The translations under genes and the position numbers were made by a program. Positions 49,914-61,705 of a stretch of DNA of 64,000 bases are shown piece after piece. Below the pieces are notes generated by a model. It made no database searches, was not told where the DNA came from, and was given only the letters and a program-made list of their open reading frames with translations. The first letter of the stretch is position 1, and each line of letters opens with the position of its first letter. Source of the DNA: an uncultured Alphaproteobacteria bacterium (GTDB taxonomy: Bacteria > Pseudomonadota > Alphaproteobacteria > Rhodobacterales > Rhodobacteraceae); assembly GCA_963763295.1 (NCBI GenBank), contig CAVXOH010000017.1, positions 7,465 through 71,464 of the forward strand, given 5' to 3'.

Positions 49914-50330
49914 GCGGCGAGTTCCGGCTGCGGGTCTACTACGAGGACACCGACGCGGCGGGGATCGTCTACTACGCGAACTACCTCAAGTTCATCGAGC
50001 GGGCGCGGACCGAGGCGCTGCTCGGGCCTCGGGCTGAGCCAGACCGGGCTTCGCGAGCGCTTCGGCATCGTCTTCGTGGTGCGCGAGGTGGCGGTCAGCT
50101 ACCTGGCGCCGGCGCGGCTCGAGGATCAACTTGTCGTGACGACGCGGGCCGGCGCGACCGGCGGGGCGCGGCTGGAGATGGCGCAGGACGTCTGGCGGGG
50201 CGCGGAGCTGCCTCGCGAAGTGCCGGGTGACCCTCGCCTGCCTCCGGCCCGACGGCCGACCGGCGCGGATGCCCGGCCGAGGTCAGGGCGGCGCTCGGCC
50301 GGCTGCCGCCGCTCGATGAGCGCCCCCTAG
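49910..50330 (+). CDS. ybgC: Tol-Pal-associated acyl-CoA thioesterase (several +1 frameshifts)
   Basis: [37 protein letters not shown]. Confidence 0.9.
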
Positions 50331-50439
50331 ACATCACGCGGGATTTCCGACAAAACGCCGCGAAAATCGGCTATGGTCCCGCGCGAGCCGGACGAACGCG
50401 GCTGAACCACCCGAGCAAACATTCCAGAGCAGGCAAAAA

Positions 50440-51139
50440 ATGAACGAAACCCTGGACGTGGCGCAGCAGATCGATTTCTCGCTGCTGGCGCTGTTCTTCC
50501 GGGCGACCCTCACGGTGAAGATCGTGATGCTCGTCCTGATCGCCGCCTCGTTCTGGTCGTGGGCGATCATCATCCAGAAACTCTTCGACCTCCGGCGCGC
50601 CCGCGACGAGGCGCACGAGTTCGAGCAGGCGTTCTGGTCGGGCGAGCCGCTCGACGTCGTCTACGACAAGGTCGGACCCGAGCCGCCGGGGTCGGCGGCC
50701 CGGGTGTTCGCGGCGGGGATGACCGAGTGGCGCCGCTCGCACCGGCAGGACGGCGGGCTGATCGCGGGCACGCAGGCGCGCATCGAGCGGGCGATGAACG
50801 TCGCGATCGGGCGCGAGGCGGAGGGGCTGACCAAGGGGCTGAACTTCCTCGCCACCGTCGGGATCGATCGCGCCGTTCGTCGGGCTCTTCGGCACGGTCT
50901 GGGGCATCAAGCACGCGTTCGAGGAGATCGCGCTGCAGCAGTCGACAAACCTCGCGGTGGTGGCGCCGGGCATCGCCGAGGCGCTGCTCGCCACCGGACT
51001 CGGGCTCCTCGCGGCGATCCCGGCGGTGATCTTCTACAACAAGCTGAACCAGGACACCGAGCAGGTGATCGGCGGCTACGAGAGCTTCGCCGACGAATTC
51101 TCGATGATCCTGTCGCGCCAGCTCGACCGGGCCGCCTGA
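50440..51139 (+). CDS. tolQ: TolQ (one +1 frameshift near 50865)
   Basis: SFWSWAII, FEQAFWSG, then APFVGLFGTVWGI and VAPGIAEALLAT in the next frame. Confidence 0.94.
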
Positions 51140-51140
51140 G

Positions 51141-51605
51141 ATGGGCGCATCGCTGCAGAGCGGCGGCCGCGCACGCGGCGGCCGGCACGGGCGCAAGCGG
51201 CCGATGGCGGAGATCAACGTCACGCCGATGGTCGACGTGATGCTCGTGCTGCTGATCATCTTCATGGTGGCGGCGCCGCTCCTGACCGTGGGGGTGCCGA
51301 TCGAGCTGCCCGAGACGGCGGCCGCGCCGCTCCCGACCGAGCAGGAGGAGCCGCTGACGGTCGCGCTGACCGCCGACGGGCAGATCCTGGTGCAGAACGC
51401 GCCGACCGAGCGCGGCGAGCTGATCCCGCTGCTGCGCGCGGTGTCGGAGGAACGCAAGAGCGACAAGGTCTTCCTGCGCGCCGACGGGGCGATCCCCTAC
51501 GAGGGCGTGATGCAGGTAATGGGGGCGCTGAACGCCAGCGGCTTTCGCAACATCGGGCTGGTGACCGAGCAGGGCGGGCCGCGGTTCGACGGGCAGGACG
51601 GCTAG
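51141..51605 (+). CDS. tolR: TolR
   Basis: EINVTPMVDVMLVLLIIFMV, FLRADG. Confidence 0.95.
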   Translation: MGASLQSGGRARGGRHGRKRPMAEINVTPMVDVMLVLLIIFMVAAPLLTVGVPIELPETAAAPLPTEQEEPLTVALTADGQILVQNAPTERGELIPLLRAVSEERKSDKVFLRADGAIPYEGVMQVMGALNASGFRNIGLVTEQGGPRFDGQDG

Positions 51606-51618
51606 CCGGGTCGGGACG

Positions 51619-52779
51619 ATGCAGACCGGGACCAAAATCTCGGCCGCTGGGCATGGGGCGCTGATGCTGCTGGCGGTCGTCGGGTTGCCCTGGTTCGGGC
51701 CGCGCGAGCGCGAGCCGATCCGGGTGACCGAGGTCAGCTTCGTCACCGAGGCGGAGTTCGACGCCGCGCAGGCCGCGGTGTCGGCCGAGACCCCGCGCGA
51801 CGAGGAAGCCCCGCCGGTGCCGCCGGCCGCGCGCCCGGCGGAGGCCGAACCCGCGCCGGTAGAGGAGGCCGAACCCGAGCCGGTAGAGGAGGCCGAGCCC
51901 GAGCCGGTCGAGACGCCGGAGGTCCCGGAGGCGGCGCCCGAGGCGCCCGTTCAGGAGATCGCGACGCTCGAGGCGCCGCCGGAGCCCGAGCCCGACAGGA
52001 TCGTGCCGCGCATCGTCACCGTGGAGCCGCCGACCGCGGCCGAGCCGCCGCGCGCCCGGCCGGCCCCGAGAGTCGAGCCGAACCCGGTTCCGCCGCCCCC
52101 CGATACCGTGCGGCCGGCCGAGACGCCCGCGCCGGTGACGGCGCCCGAGCCCGAGGTCGAGGTGGCGCGGGTCGAGGAGACGCCGGCTGCTCCGCCCGAG
52201 GCCGCGCCCGAGCCCGAGGCCGAGGCGGTGCCGCGCGAGCCGCTGGCGCTCGAGACCTCGGCCCGGCCGATGGCGCGGCCGCGCAGCGTCGCCCGCGACA
52301 CCGAGGCCGAGAGCGTGATGGCGGCCTTGCGGCGCGAGGTCGAGAGGGAGATGGCGCGTCGGGGGCAGACGCGCCCGACGCAGCCGACCGAGCCGACCGA
52401 GCCGACGGTGACGGCGCCGACCGAGCCGACCGCGGCCACGGCGACCTCGTTGCCGGTCGGGCCGCCCCTGACCAATTCGGAGAAGGATGGGCTGAAGCTC
52501 GCCGTGCAGCGCTGCTGGAACGTCCCGGCGGGCGTGCGCGACGCGCAGGAGCTCAAGGTCACGGTGGCGGCGGAGCTTGCCGCGGACGGAGCGGTGATCA
52601 ACGCATCGATCCGGATGATCGAGCCGCGAGCGGCCCCGGACGCCCGCTTCCAGCAGGCGTTCGAGGCCGGCCGGCGGGCGCTGATCCGCTGCTCGCCCTA
52701 CGAGCTGCCGCGGGACAAGTTCGGCCAGTGGCGCAACATCGAAGTCGTCTTCAACCCCGAGGGAATGGTGTCATGGTAG
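51619..52779 (+). CDS. tolA: TolA-like energy transducer
   Basis: N-terminal TM with His, Pro/Glu-rich linker (24-bp x3 repeat at 51841-51912), C-terminal CWNVP..RALIRC domain; operon position. Confidence 0.85.
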   Translation: MQTGTKISAAGHGALMLLAVVGLPWFGPREREPIRVTEVSFVTEAEFDAAQAAVSAETPRDEEAPPVPPAARPAEAEPAPVEEAEPEPVEEAEPEPVETPEVPEAAPEAPVQEIATLEAPPEPEPDRIVPRIVTVEPPTAAEPPRARPAPRVEPNPVPPPPDTVRPAETPAPVTAPEPEVEVARVEETPAAPPEAAPEPEAEAVPREPLALETSARPMARPRSVARDTEAESVMAALRREVEREMARRGQTRPTQPTEPTEPTVTAPTEPTAATATSLPVGPPLTNSEKDGLKLAVQRCWNVPAGVRDAQELKVTVAAELAADGAVINASIRMIEPRAAPDARFQQAFEAGRRALIRCSPYELPRDKFGQWRNIEVVFNPEGMVSW

Positions 52780-54101
52780 ATCGCCTGCGGCGCAACCTGC
52801 TGATCGGCGTGCCGGTCGCGCTGGCGCTGCGCCCGTTCGCCGCCGCGGCCCAGGCGCCGCTTCGCATCGAGATCACCGAGGGGGTGGTCGAGCCGATGCC
52901 GTTCGCGGTGCCGGGCTTCGTGCCCGATGCCGCGGCGGGGGGCGATCTCGCCGCGCGGATCACCCAGGTGGTGATCGACGATCTCGCCGGGACCGGGCTC
53001 TTCCGTGAGATTCCGTCGGCCGCCCATATCGGGCGGGTGTCGAACTTCGACGCCCCGGTGCAGTTCGCCGACTGGAAGGCGGTGAACGCCCAGGCGCTGA
53101 TCACCGGCGCCGTCGGGGTGTCGGGCGACCGGGCCCAGGTGCGGTTCCGGCTCTGGGACGTCTTCGCCCAGGCCCCGCTCGGCGAGGGGCTCCAGTTCGA
53201 CGGGGGCACCGCCAACTGGCGCCGGCTCGCGCACAAGGTCGCTGACGCCGTCTATTCGCGGCTGACCGGCGAGGGCGGCTACTTCGACAGCCGGGTGGCC
53301 TTCATCGCCGCCAGCGGGCCGAAGGAGGCGCGGCGCAAGCAGCTCGCGATCATGGACTACGACGGGGCCAACCCGGTGATGCTGACCGACGGCGGCGCGC
53401 TGGTGCTGACGCCGCGGCTCGCCGCCGACGCGCGGCAGGTGCTCTACACGAGCTACGAGCAGGGCGCGCCGAAGGTGATGCTGCTGGAGGGGGGCGGCGG
53501 CAGCCGGACGGTGATCGACGATACCTCGGGGATGACCTTCGCGCCGCGGTTCTCGCCGGACGGGCGGCGCGTGGTGTTCTCGATGTCGGTAGGGTCCGGG
53601 TCGGACATCTTCGTCGCCGACATCGGCGGCCGCGGGCACACGCAGCTCACCCGCACCTCGTCGATCGACACCGCGCCGGCGTTCTCGCCGGACGGCAACC
53701 GCATCGTCTTCGAGAGCGACCGCGGCGGCACCCAGCAGCTCTACGTGATGTCGGCGTCGGGCGGCGAGGCGCAGCGGATCAGCTTCGGCCAGGGACGCTA
53801 CGCGACACCGGTCTGGTCGCCGCGCGGCGACATGATCGCCTTCACCAAGATCGACGGCGGGCGCTTCCACATCGGGGTCATGCGCACCGACGGGTCGGGC
53901 GAGAAGCTGCTGACCGGCAGCTATCTCGACGAGGGCCCGACCTGGGCGCCGAACGGACGGGTGCTGATGTTCTTCCGCGAGACACCGGGCGCCAGCGGCG
54001 GGCCGCAGATCTATTCGGTCGACGTCACCGGGCGGAACCTGAAGCTGGTGCCGACCACGGGGTTCGCCTCCGACCCCTCGTGGTCGGGGCTGCTGGCTTG
54101 A
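52773..54101 (+). CDS. tolB: TolB
   Basis: [23 protein letters not shown], repeated PxFSPDG beta-propeller motifs. Confidence 0.95.
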   Translation: MVDRLRRNLLIGVPVALALRPFAAAAQAPLRIEITEGVVEPMPFAVPGFVPDAAAGGDLAARITQVVIDDLAGTGLFREIPSAAHIGRVSNFDAPVQFADWKAVNAQALITGAVGVSGDRAQVRFRLWDVFAQAPLGEGLQFDGGTANWRRLAHKVADAVYSRLTGEGGYFDSRVAFIAASGPKEARRKQLAIMDYDGANPVMLTDGGALVLTPRLAADARQVLYTSYEQGAPKVMLLEGGGGSRTVIDDTSGMTFAPRFSPDGRRVVFSMSVGSGSDIFVADIGGRGHTQLTRTSSIDTAPAFSPDGNRIVFESDRGGTQQLYVMSASGGEAQRISFGQGRYATPVWSPRGDMIAFTKIDGGRFHIGVMRTDGSGEKLLTGSYLDEGPTWAPNGRVLMFFRETPGASGGPQIYSVDVTGRNLKLVPTTGFASDPSWSGLLA

Positions 54102-54142
54102 GACAGAAGGCCCTGAACGGGGCGGAAAAGGGTAGGTGACAG

Positions 54143-54664
54143 ATGAAGACGTTGACGGCAGGCGTGCTGCTCGCGCTGGCACTGGTGGCGGCGGGATGCG
54201 GCCGCAACGCGGACGTGACGATCCCGGGCTCGCCCGATGCGGGCTACAGCGGCGCCGACGGCACGCTCGGCGGCCTCGGGGCCGGCGGACTGGCCGGGGG
54301 CGGCGTGCTGCCGGGCTCGACGATCAGCGACCGGGTGCTGTTCGCGGTCGACCAGTCGACGCTGTCGGCCGAGGCGATCGGCACCCTCAACGCGCAGGTC
54401 GGCTGGCTGATGCAGAACCCGTCGGCGCCGATCCTGATCGAGGGTCACGCCGACGAGCGGGGCACGGGCGAGTACAACATGGCGCTCGGCTCGAGCCGGG
54501 CCAGCGCGGTGCGCAACCACATGGTGAGCCAGGGCATCCCGGACAGCCGCATCTCGATCATCACCTTCGGCCGCGAGCGCCCGATCGCGACCTGTGCGGA
54601 CGAGAGCTGCTTTTCGCAGAACCGCCGCGCTGTCACGGTTGTGACTGGCGGCACCGGCGCGTGA
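54143..54664 (+). CDS. pal: Peptidoglycan-associated lipoprotein
   Basis: Lipobox AAGC; IEGHADERGTGEYNMALG, GRERP, QNRRAV. Confidence 0.96.
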   Translation: MKTLTAGVLLALALVAAGCGRNADVTIPGSPDAGYSGADGTLGGLGAGGLAGGGVLPGSTISDRVLFAVDQSTLSAEAIGTLNAQVGWLMQNPSAPILIEGHADERGTGEYNMALGSSRASAVRNHMVSQGIPDSRISIITFGRERPIATCADESCFSQNRRAVTVVTGGTGA

Positions 54665-54695
54665 TCCGCTAGGCTCGCCCGCAAGGAGAAGCCGC

Positions 54696-55526
54696 ATGCG
54701 CATCAGAGCTCTGCACGGTCTGGCGCTCGCGACCGCGCTCGTCCTCGGCGCGCCGGTGGCGGCGCAGCCGCAGACGCTGGCCGACATCAAGGCCGAACTC
54801 ACGGTGCTGAACGGGCAGATCGAGCAGCTGCGCAACGAGCTGGTGCGCAGCGGCAGCTCCGGCGGCCTGCCGGTTGACCCGGCGTCGGCGCTGACCAGGC
54901 TCGACCAGCTCGAAGCCGAGCTCCGGCGGCTGACCGACCGGGTCGACGTGCTGACCAACGATGTCGAGCGGATCGTCGAGGACGCGACCAACCATGTCGG
55001 CGACATCGAGTTCCGCCTGACCGAGCTCGAGGGCGGCGTTACCAGCGTGCGGACCGAGCCCGAGCCGCTCGGCGGCGGCGTCACGCGGCCGCGGCCGCGG
55101 CCGATCGCGCCGTCGGTGGCCCCGGAAGGCACCGGGGCGCTGGTGGCGACCGAGCAGGCCGACTTCGACGCGGCGGTGGCGGCGGCCGACGCCGGCGACA
55201 ACGCCAAGGCGGCGGCGCTGTTCGGGACGTTCCTGCAGACCTATCCGGGCGGCCCGCTGTCGACCGAGGCGCAGTTCCGCCGCGGCGAGGCGCTGGCGGC
55301 GCAGGAGGACTGGCGCGGAGCGGCACGGAGCTTCCTCGACACCTTCAGCGGCGCCCCGCAGGACCCGCTGGCGCCGCGGGCGCTCTACAGGCTCGCGGTC
55401 AGCCTCGGCAAGCTCGGCCAGACCGACGAGGCGTGCCTGACGCTGACCGAGGTCGACAGCCGTTATCCGGGCTCGGTGGTGGCAGGCGACGTTGCCGCGG
55501 AGCGGCGGACGCTCGCCTGCCCGTGA
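54696..55526 (+). CDS. cpoB: Tol-Pal protein CpoB/YbgF
   Basis: Signal peptide, coiled coil, TPR motifs; operon position. Confidence 0.9.
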   Translation: MRIRALHGLALATALVLGAPVAAQPQTLADIKAELTVLNGQIEQLRNELVRSGSSGGLPVDPASALTRLDQLEAELRRLTDRVDVLTNDVERIVEDATNHVGDIEFRLTELEGGVTSVRTEPEPLGGGVTRPRPRPIAPSVAPEGTGALVATEQADFDAAVAAADAGDNAKAAALFGTFLQTYPGGPLSTEAQFRRGEALAAQEDWRGAARSFLDTFSGAPQDPLAPRALYRLAVSLGKLGQTDEACLTLTEVDSRYPGSVVAGDVAAERRTLACP

Positions 55527-56791
55527 CGCTGCCGCCGGGGCTCGCGTCGGCCCTCGACGCGGTGGTGGCCGCGGCACCGGAGGGCGAGATCGGCGTCGCG
55601 GTGTCGGGCGGCGGCGACTCGATGGCGCTCCTGCTCCTGCTGGAGGAGGCGGCGGCGCGCGCCGGGCGGGTCGTTGCAGCGGTGACGGTCGACCATTGCC
55701 TGCGGCCGGAGAGCGGCGGCGAGGCGGCGGCGGTGGCTGCGCTGTGCGCCGGCCGCGGGATCGCGCACGCGACCTGCCGCTGGGGGGACTGGGACGGGGC
55801 GGGCAACCTCCTGGACCGGGCGCGACAGGCGCGTCGCGCGCTGATCGCCGACTGGGCGCGCGGCCGCGGCATCGGGGCGGTCGCCCTCGGCCACACGCTC
55901 GACGATCAGGCGGAGACGGTGGTGCTGCGGCTGGCGCGCGGATCGGGCGTCGACGGGCTGGCCGGGATGGCGGCGGTGGTGCGAGCGGAGGGGATCCTGT
56001 GGCTCCGGCCGCTGCTCGGGGTCCGGCGCACGGCGCTCCGGGGCTGGCTCGAGACCAAGGGCGTGGGCTGGGCGGAGGATCCGAGCAACCTCGACCTGCG
56101 CTTCGAACGCGTTCGCGCCCGCGCGGCGCTGCCGGCGCTCGCGGCGCTCGGCATCGGGCCTGAGCGGCTGGCGGCGACGGCGCGGGCGATGGCGCGGGCA
56201 CGGGAGGCGCTGGAGCGGGGCACCGCGGCGCTGGCGGCCGCCTGCGTGACGCCGGGTCCGGCGGGGGACCTGACGCTCGATCCGGGACCGCTGACGGCGG
56301 CGCCGGAGGAGTTGCGGCTGCGGCTGCTCGCCGGGGCGGTCTGCTGGGTCGCGGGCGCGGTGTACCGGCCTCGGCTGGTGCGGCTCGAGGCGGCGCTCGC
56401 GGCGGTGGAAGCGGGGCGGGTCGGCCATGGGGTGACGCTGCACGGGTGCGTGCTGCGGGCCCGCGGCGGGCGGATTGCGATCCGCCGCGAGCTGGCGCGG
56501 GTGGCGCCGGCGGTGCCGCTGGCGGCCGGGCGCTGGGACGGCCGCTGGCAGATCGAGGGGAAGCCGCCGACCGGCGACGGGCTCACGATCGGGGCGCTCG
56601 GCCCGGGCGGATTGGCACGGATCGCGGGCGGGGCACCCGCCGGCGTGGCGCGCGAGACGCTGGTGACGACGCCCGCGATCTGGCGCGACGGGGCGTTGGT
56701 GGCGGCGCCGTTGGCGCGGCCGGAGGCGGGATTCAGCTTCCGGCGAGTCTCCGCCGTGACGCCGCCGTGGGCGCCGGATATAGTGCGTTAA
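55523..56791 (+). CDS. tilS: tRNA(Ile)-lysidine synthetase
   Basis: AVSGGGDS, VDH, GHTLDDQAET, RGSG, RPLL, EDPSN; GTG start overlapping the cpoB stop. Confidence 0.95.
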   Translation: MTLPPGLASALDAVVAAAPEGEIGVAVSGGGDSMALLLLLEEAAARAGRVVAAVTVDHCLRPESGGEAAAVAALCAGRGIAHATCRWGDWDGAGNLLDRARQARRALIADWARGRGIGAVALGHTLDDQAETVVLRLARGSGVDGLAGMAAVVRAEGILWLRPLLGVRRTALRGWLETKGVGWAEDPSNLDLRFERVRARAALPALAALGIGPERLAATARAMARAREALERGTAALAAACVTPGPAGDLTLDPGPLTAAPEELRLRLLAGAVCWVAGAVYRPRLVRLEAALAAVEAGRVGHGVTLHGCVLRARGGRIAIRRELARVAPAVPLAAGRWDGRWQIEGKPPTGDGLTIGALGPGGLARIAGGAPAGVARETLVTTPAIWRDGALVAAPLARPEAGFSFRRVSAVTPPWAPDIVR

Positions 56792-56876
56792 ATCCGGGGC
56801 GCCACCGCTTATGTTAGGGAGCAAGACCCGCGGGCCAATGCGTCCGCCCTGCCGGTCGCTCTAGGAGACGTCGAAC

Positions 56877-58796
<1,920 letters not shown>

Positions 58797-58822
58797 GTCC
58801 GGAGCGGCCCCTGCAGCACGTC

Positions 58823-59329
58823 GTGGTGATGGGGGTTTCAGGCTGCGGCAAGACGACCGTCGGCGAGGGGTTGGCGGAAGCGCTCGGCTGGCCGTTCGAG
58901 GAGGGCGACCAGCACCACCCGCCGGCAAACGTCGCCAAGATGGCGGCGCATGTCCCGCTCGACGATGCCGATCGCTGGCCGTGGCTGCGAACCCTGGCGG
59001 GGCTGATCGGCGAACGCGAGGCCGCCGGGCGGTCGTCGGTGCTGACGTGCTCGGCCCTGAAGCGCTCCTACCGCGATCTGCTCAGGACCGGCGCGCCGCG
59101 GGTGCGCTTCGTGCACCTCGATGGCGATCCCAAGATCCTGCAGGCGCGGCTCGCCAGCCGGGTCGGGCATTTCTTTCCGCCTGACCTGCTCGCCTCGCAA
59201 CTCGCGACGCTCGAGCCGCTCGGGCCGGACGAGGACGGCATCGTCGTCGACATCGCCCTCGATCCGACGGCGCAGGTGCGCGAGAGCCTTGCCCGCCTCG
59301 GGCTGGAGGCGCTGGCGGGCCGGGCCTGA
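58823..59329 (+). CDS. gntK: Gluconokinase (start may be CTG 58793)
   Basis: MGVSGCGKTT, EGDQHHP, PLDDADRWPWL, CSALKRSYR, GHFF, SQLATLE. Confidence 0.92.
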   Translation: MVMGVSGCGKTTVGEGLAEALGWPFEEGDQHHPPANVAKMAAHVPLDDADRWPWLRTLAGLIGEREAAGRSSVLTCSALKRSYRDLLRTGAPRVRFVHLDGDPKILQARLASRVGHFFPPDLLASQLATLEPLGPDEDGIVVDIALDPTAQVRESLARLGLEALAGRA

Positions 59330-59435
59330 CACTCGATGCCATTGCCGCCGCGTCCGCCGGGTGGGGGCGAGCGCGCCGGTTGCGCCGGTTCGGAGATGCC
59401 GCTAAGCGGGCGCCGGGGCTTGCGTGAGGTCGCCG

Positions 59436-60326
59436 ATGGGCGCGGACATCATCGATGGCAAGGCGTTCGCGGCGCGGATCCGCGCCCGGGTGGCGGGGAT
59501 CGTGGCCGAGCTCGGCGTGCAGGGCATCGTGCCCGGCCTCGCGGTGGTGCTGGTCGGCGACGATCCGGCGAGCGAGGTCTATGTCCGCAGCAAGGGCAAG
59601 CAGACCCGCGAGATCGGGATGCATTCGCAGGAGCACCGGCTGGCGGCGACGGCGAGCGAGGGCGAGGTTCTCGGGGTGATCGCGCGGCTGAACCAGGACC
59701 CGGCGGTCCATGGCATCCTGGTGCAGCTGCCGCTGCCGGCGCAGATCGACACGGCGCGGGTGCTCGATGCGGTGACGCCGGAGAAGGACGTCGACGGCTT
59801 CCACGTGCTGAACGCCGGCCGGCTCGCCATCGGGCAGCCGGCGATGGTGCCGTGCACGCCGCTCGGCTGCCTGATGCTGCTGCGCGACCGGCTGGGCGAC
59901 CTCGCCGGGCTCGACGCGGTGGTGATTGGGCGGTCGAACATCGTCGGCAAGCCGATGGCGCAGCTGCTGCTGCGGGAGAACTGCACGGTGACGGTCGCGC
60001 ATTCGCGGAGCCGGGGGTTGCCGGGGATCGCGGCGAGGGCCGACGTTCTCGTGGCGGCGGTTGGGCGGCCGGGGCTGGTGACCGGGGACTGGGTGAAGCC
60101 GGGGGCGACGGTGATCGACGTCGGGATCAGCCGGGTGGCGCGGCCGGAGGGGGTGATCGAGCTGGTCGGGGACGTCGATTTTTCGAGCGTTTCCAAGGTC
60201 GCCGGTGCGCTCACGCCGGTGCCGGGCGGGGTCGGGCCGATGACGATCGCCTGCCTGCTGGCGAATACGGTGACCGCGTGCTGCCGGATTCGGGGGCTGC
60301 CGGAGCCGGAAGGTCTGACGGCCTGA
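59436..60326 (+). CDS. folD: Methylene-THF dehydrogenase/cyclohydrolase
   Basis: [43 protein letters not shown]. Confidence 0.97.
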   Translation: MGADIIDGKAFAARIRARVAGIVAELGVQGIVPGLAVVLVGDDPASEVYVRSKGKQTREIGMHSQEHRLAATASEGEVLGVIARLNQDPAVHGILVQLPLPAQIDTARVLDAVTPEKDVDGFHVLNAGRLAIGQPAMVPCTPLGCLMLLRDRLGDLAGLDAVVIGRSNIVGKPMAQLLLRENCTVTVAHSRSRGLPGIAARADVLVAAVGRPGLVTGDWVKPGATVIDVGISRVARPEGVIELVGDVDFSSVSKVAGALTPVPGGVGPMTIACLLANTVTACCRIRGLPEPEGLTA

Positions 60327-60424
60327 TATCAAAGGTTTACGAGGATCCGCGCGATATGGAACCCGTATGGAACCCATATGGAATGCGTATGGGTAGCAAA
60401 AGACTCGGGATTGAATCGTTAAGG
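60325..60424 (-). repeat. Family A element copy 3 (diverged)
   Basis: Ungapped match to copy 1 at about 77/100; 11-bp units and both ends (TTAACGAT, GTAAACCTTTG) kept. Confidence 0.88.
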
Positions 60425-60854
60425 CTGCCCGGTCCCGCGCGATCATCGTGCCGAGCATCGTCGCGACGTGGCGGCGGGCGGCGTCGGCCTCGGCGTAGAC
60501 TTCGGAGGCGACGACGAGGAGGCGGCGGCCGTTGCGGACGACGCGGCCCTCGGCGACGAGGCGGGTGCCGCTGGCCGGCGCGAGGAGGTTGATCTTCATC
60601 TCGACGGTCAGGACCTCGTCGCCCGGGGCGAGCAGGCTCAGCGCGGCGTAGCCGGCGGCACTGTCGCCGAGCGACCAGGCGAGGCCGGCATGGGCGAAGC
60701 CGTGCTGCTGGCTGGTCTCGGGGCGGATCGGCGCCGAGAGCATGCAGCGGCCCGGGGCGAGGTCGGCGATCGTCGCCTCGAGGAGGCGCATCATGCCCTG
60801 CCGGGCGAAGCTCGCCCGGACGACGGCGTCGAAGTCGGGGTTGCGCGGCTGCAT
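60420..60854 (-). CDS. PaaI family thioesterase (3' end uncertain)
   Basis: QQHGFAHAG, GDSAAGYAA, TVEMKINLLAPA. As sequenced there is no in-frame stop; TAA at 60420-60422 becomes in frame if one G is removed. Confidence 0.85.
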
Positions 60855-61525
60855 CAGGCGTGCGCCGGCAGCGGCACGGCCAGGCAGGGCGTGCCGGTCA
60901 GGACGGCGCGGGCGCCGGGGCCGAGCAGGGCGGCGAAGGCCGGGCTGTCGGCGAAGAGGCCGCCGGTATAGGCGCCGAAGGCCGGCAGGATCAGCCGGCG
61001 GCCGTCGAGGAGGAAGCACGGTCGGACGACGCCGCGGCCGCCGACGGGCAGGCGGAGCTTCGGGTGGTAATGGCCGGAGACCTCGCCGGGAGCGGTGCCG
61101 GGCCGGGCGGCGTGGCGGAAGGCGAGCGGGCCGAGGGCGAGCTCGGGCAAATAGCGGCCGGCGAGCGCGAGGGGCAGCGGGTCGTGGTTGCCGGCGACCC
61201 AGATCCAGTCGCGGCCCGCGATCAGCGCGGCGAGCACGGCGGCATCGGCGGCGGCGAGCGCCGGCCCCGCGTCGCCGTCGTCGAAGCTGTCGCCGAGGCA
61301 GACCACCTGCTCGGGCGCCAGCGCCGCGATCTCGGCGGCGAGGCGGCCAAGGGTTTCGGTGGTCTCGTAGGGCGGCAGCAGGGTGCCGCCGCGACGGGCG
61401 AGGCGCTCGGACCGGCCGAGGTGAAGGTCGGCGACGCAGAGCAGCCGTTCGGCCTGCCACCAGAGCGCGCCGGACGCCCGCGCCTCAAGGCGCGCGCCGG
61501 CGAGTTCGATGGCCTGCGTCGTCAT
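60854..61525 (-). CDS. pdeM: Ligase-associated DNA damage response metallophosphoesterase/endonuclease
   Basis: ADLHLG, LPPYET, CLGDSFDD, GNHD, FRH, SGHYHPK, LPAFGAYTGG. Confidence 0.92.
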   Translation of the reverse strand: MTTQAIELAGARLEARASGALWWQAERLLCVADLHLGRSERLARRGGTLLPPYETTETLGRLAAEIAALAPEQVVCLGDSFDDGDAGPALAAADAAVLAALIAGRDWIWVAGNHDPLPLALAGRYLPELALGPLAFRHAARPGTAPGEVSGHYHPKLRLPVGGRGVVRPCFLLDGRRLILPAFGAYTGGLFADSPAFAALLGPGARAVLTGTPCLAVPLPAHA

Positions 61526-61584
61526 CGCCCGGTGATGCCGGAGTCGCCGGACGGCGGCAAGGGGAACGAAGCGCGCGGGCTCCA

Positions 61585-61698
61585 CCGTCCCGCCCGGGCC
61601 CCGAGCCCGGGCAGCGGCCGACCGCCCCCCGGGCGGCCGCTTCTCGGCCGCCCGCGGTCGGGCCGCTGCCCTCGTCGCGGGCGGATGCCGGGTTCGGG
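61585..61698. repeat. Family C element copy 2
   Basis: 110/114 identical to 14120-14233; lies between the helicase and pdeM. Confidence 0.9.
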
Positions 61699-61705
61699 GC
61701 GGCGG

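Noticed and set aside
25366-51139. Programmed frameshifting or true pseudogenes in glyA, ybgC and tolQ
   Set aside because: All are +1 single-base duplications without slippery sites, in conserved housekeeping genes; sequencing error is more likely.
51841-52440. Short tandem repeats in tolA
   Set aside because: Normal low-complexity TolA linker.
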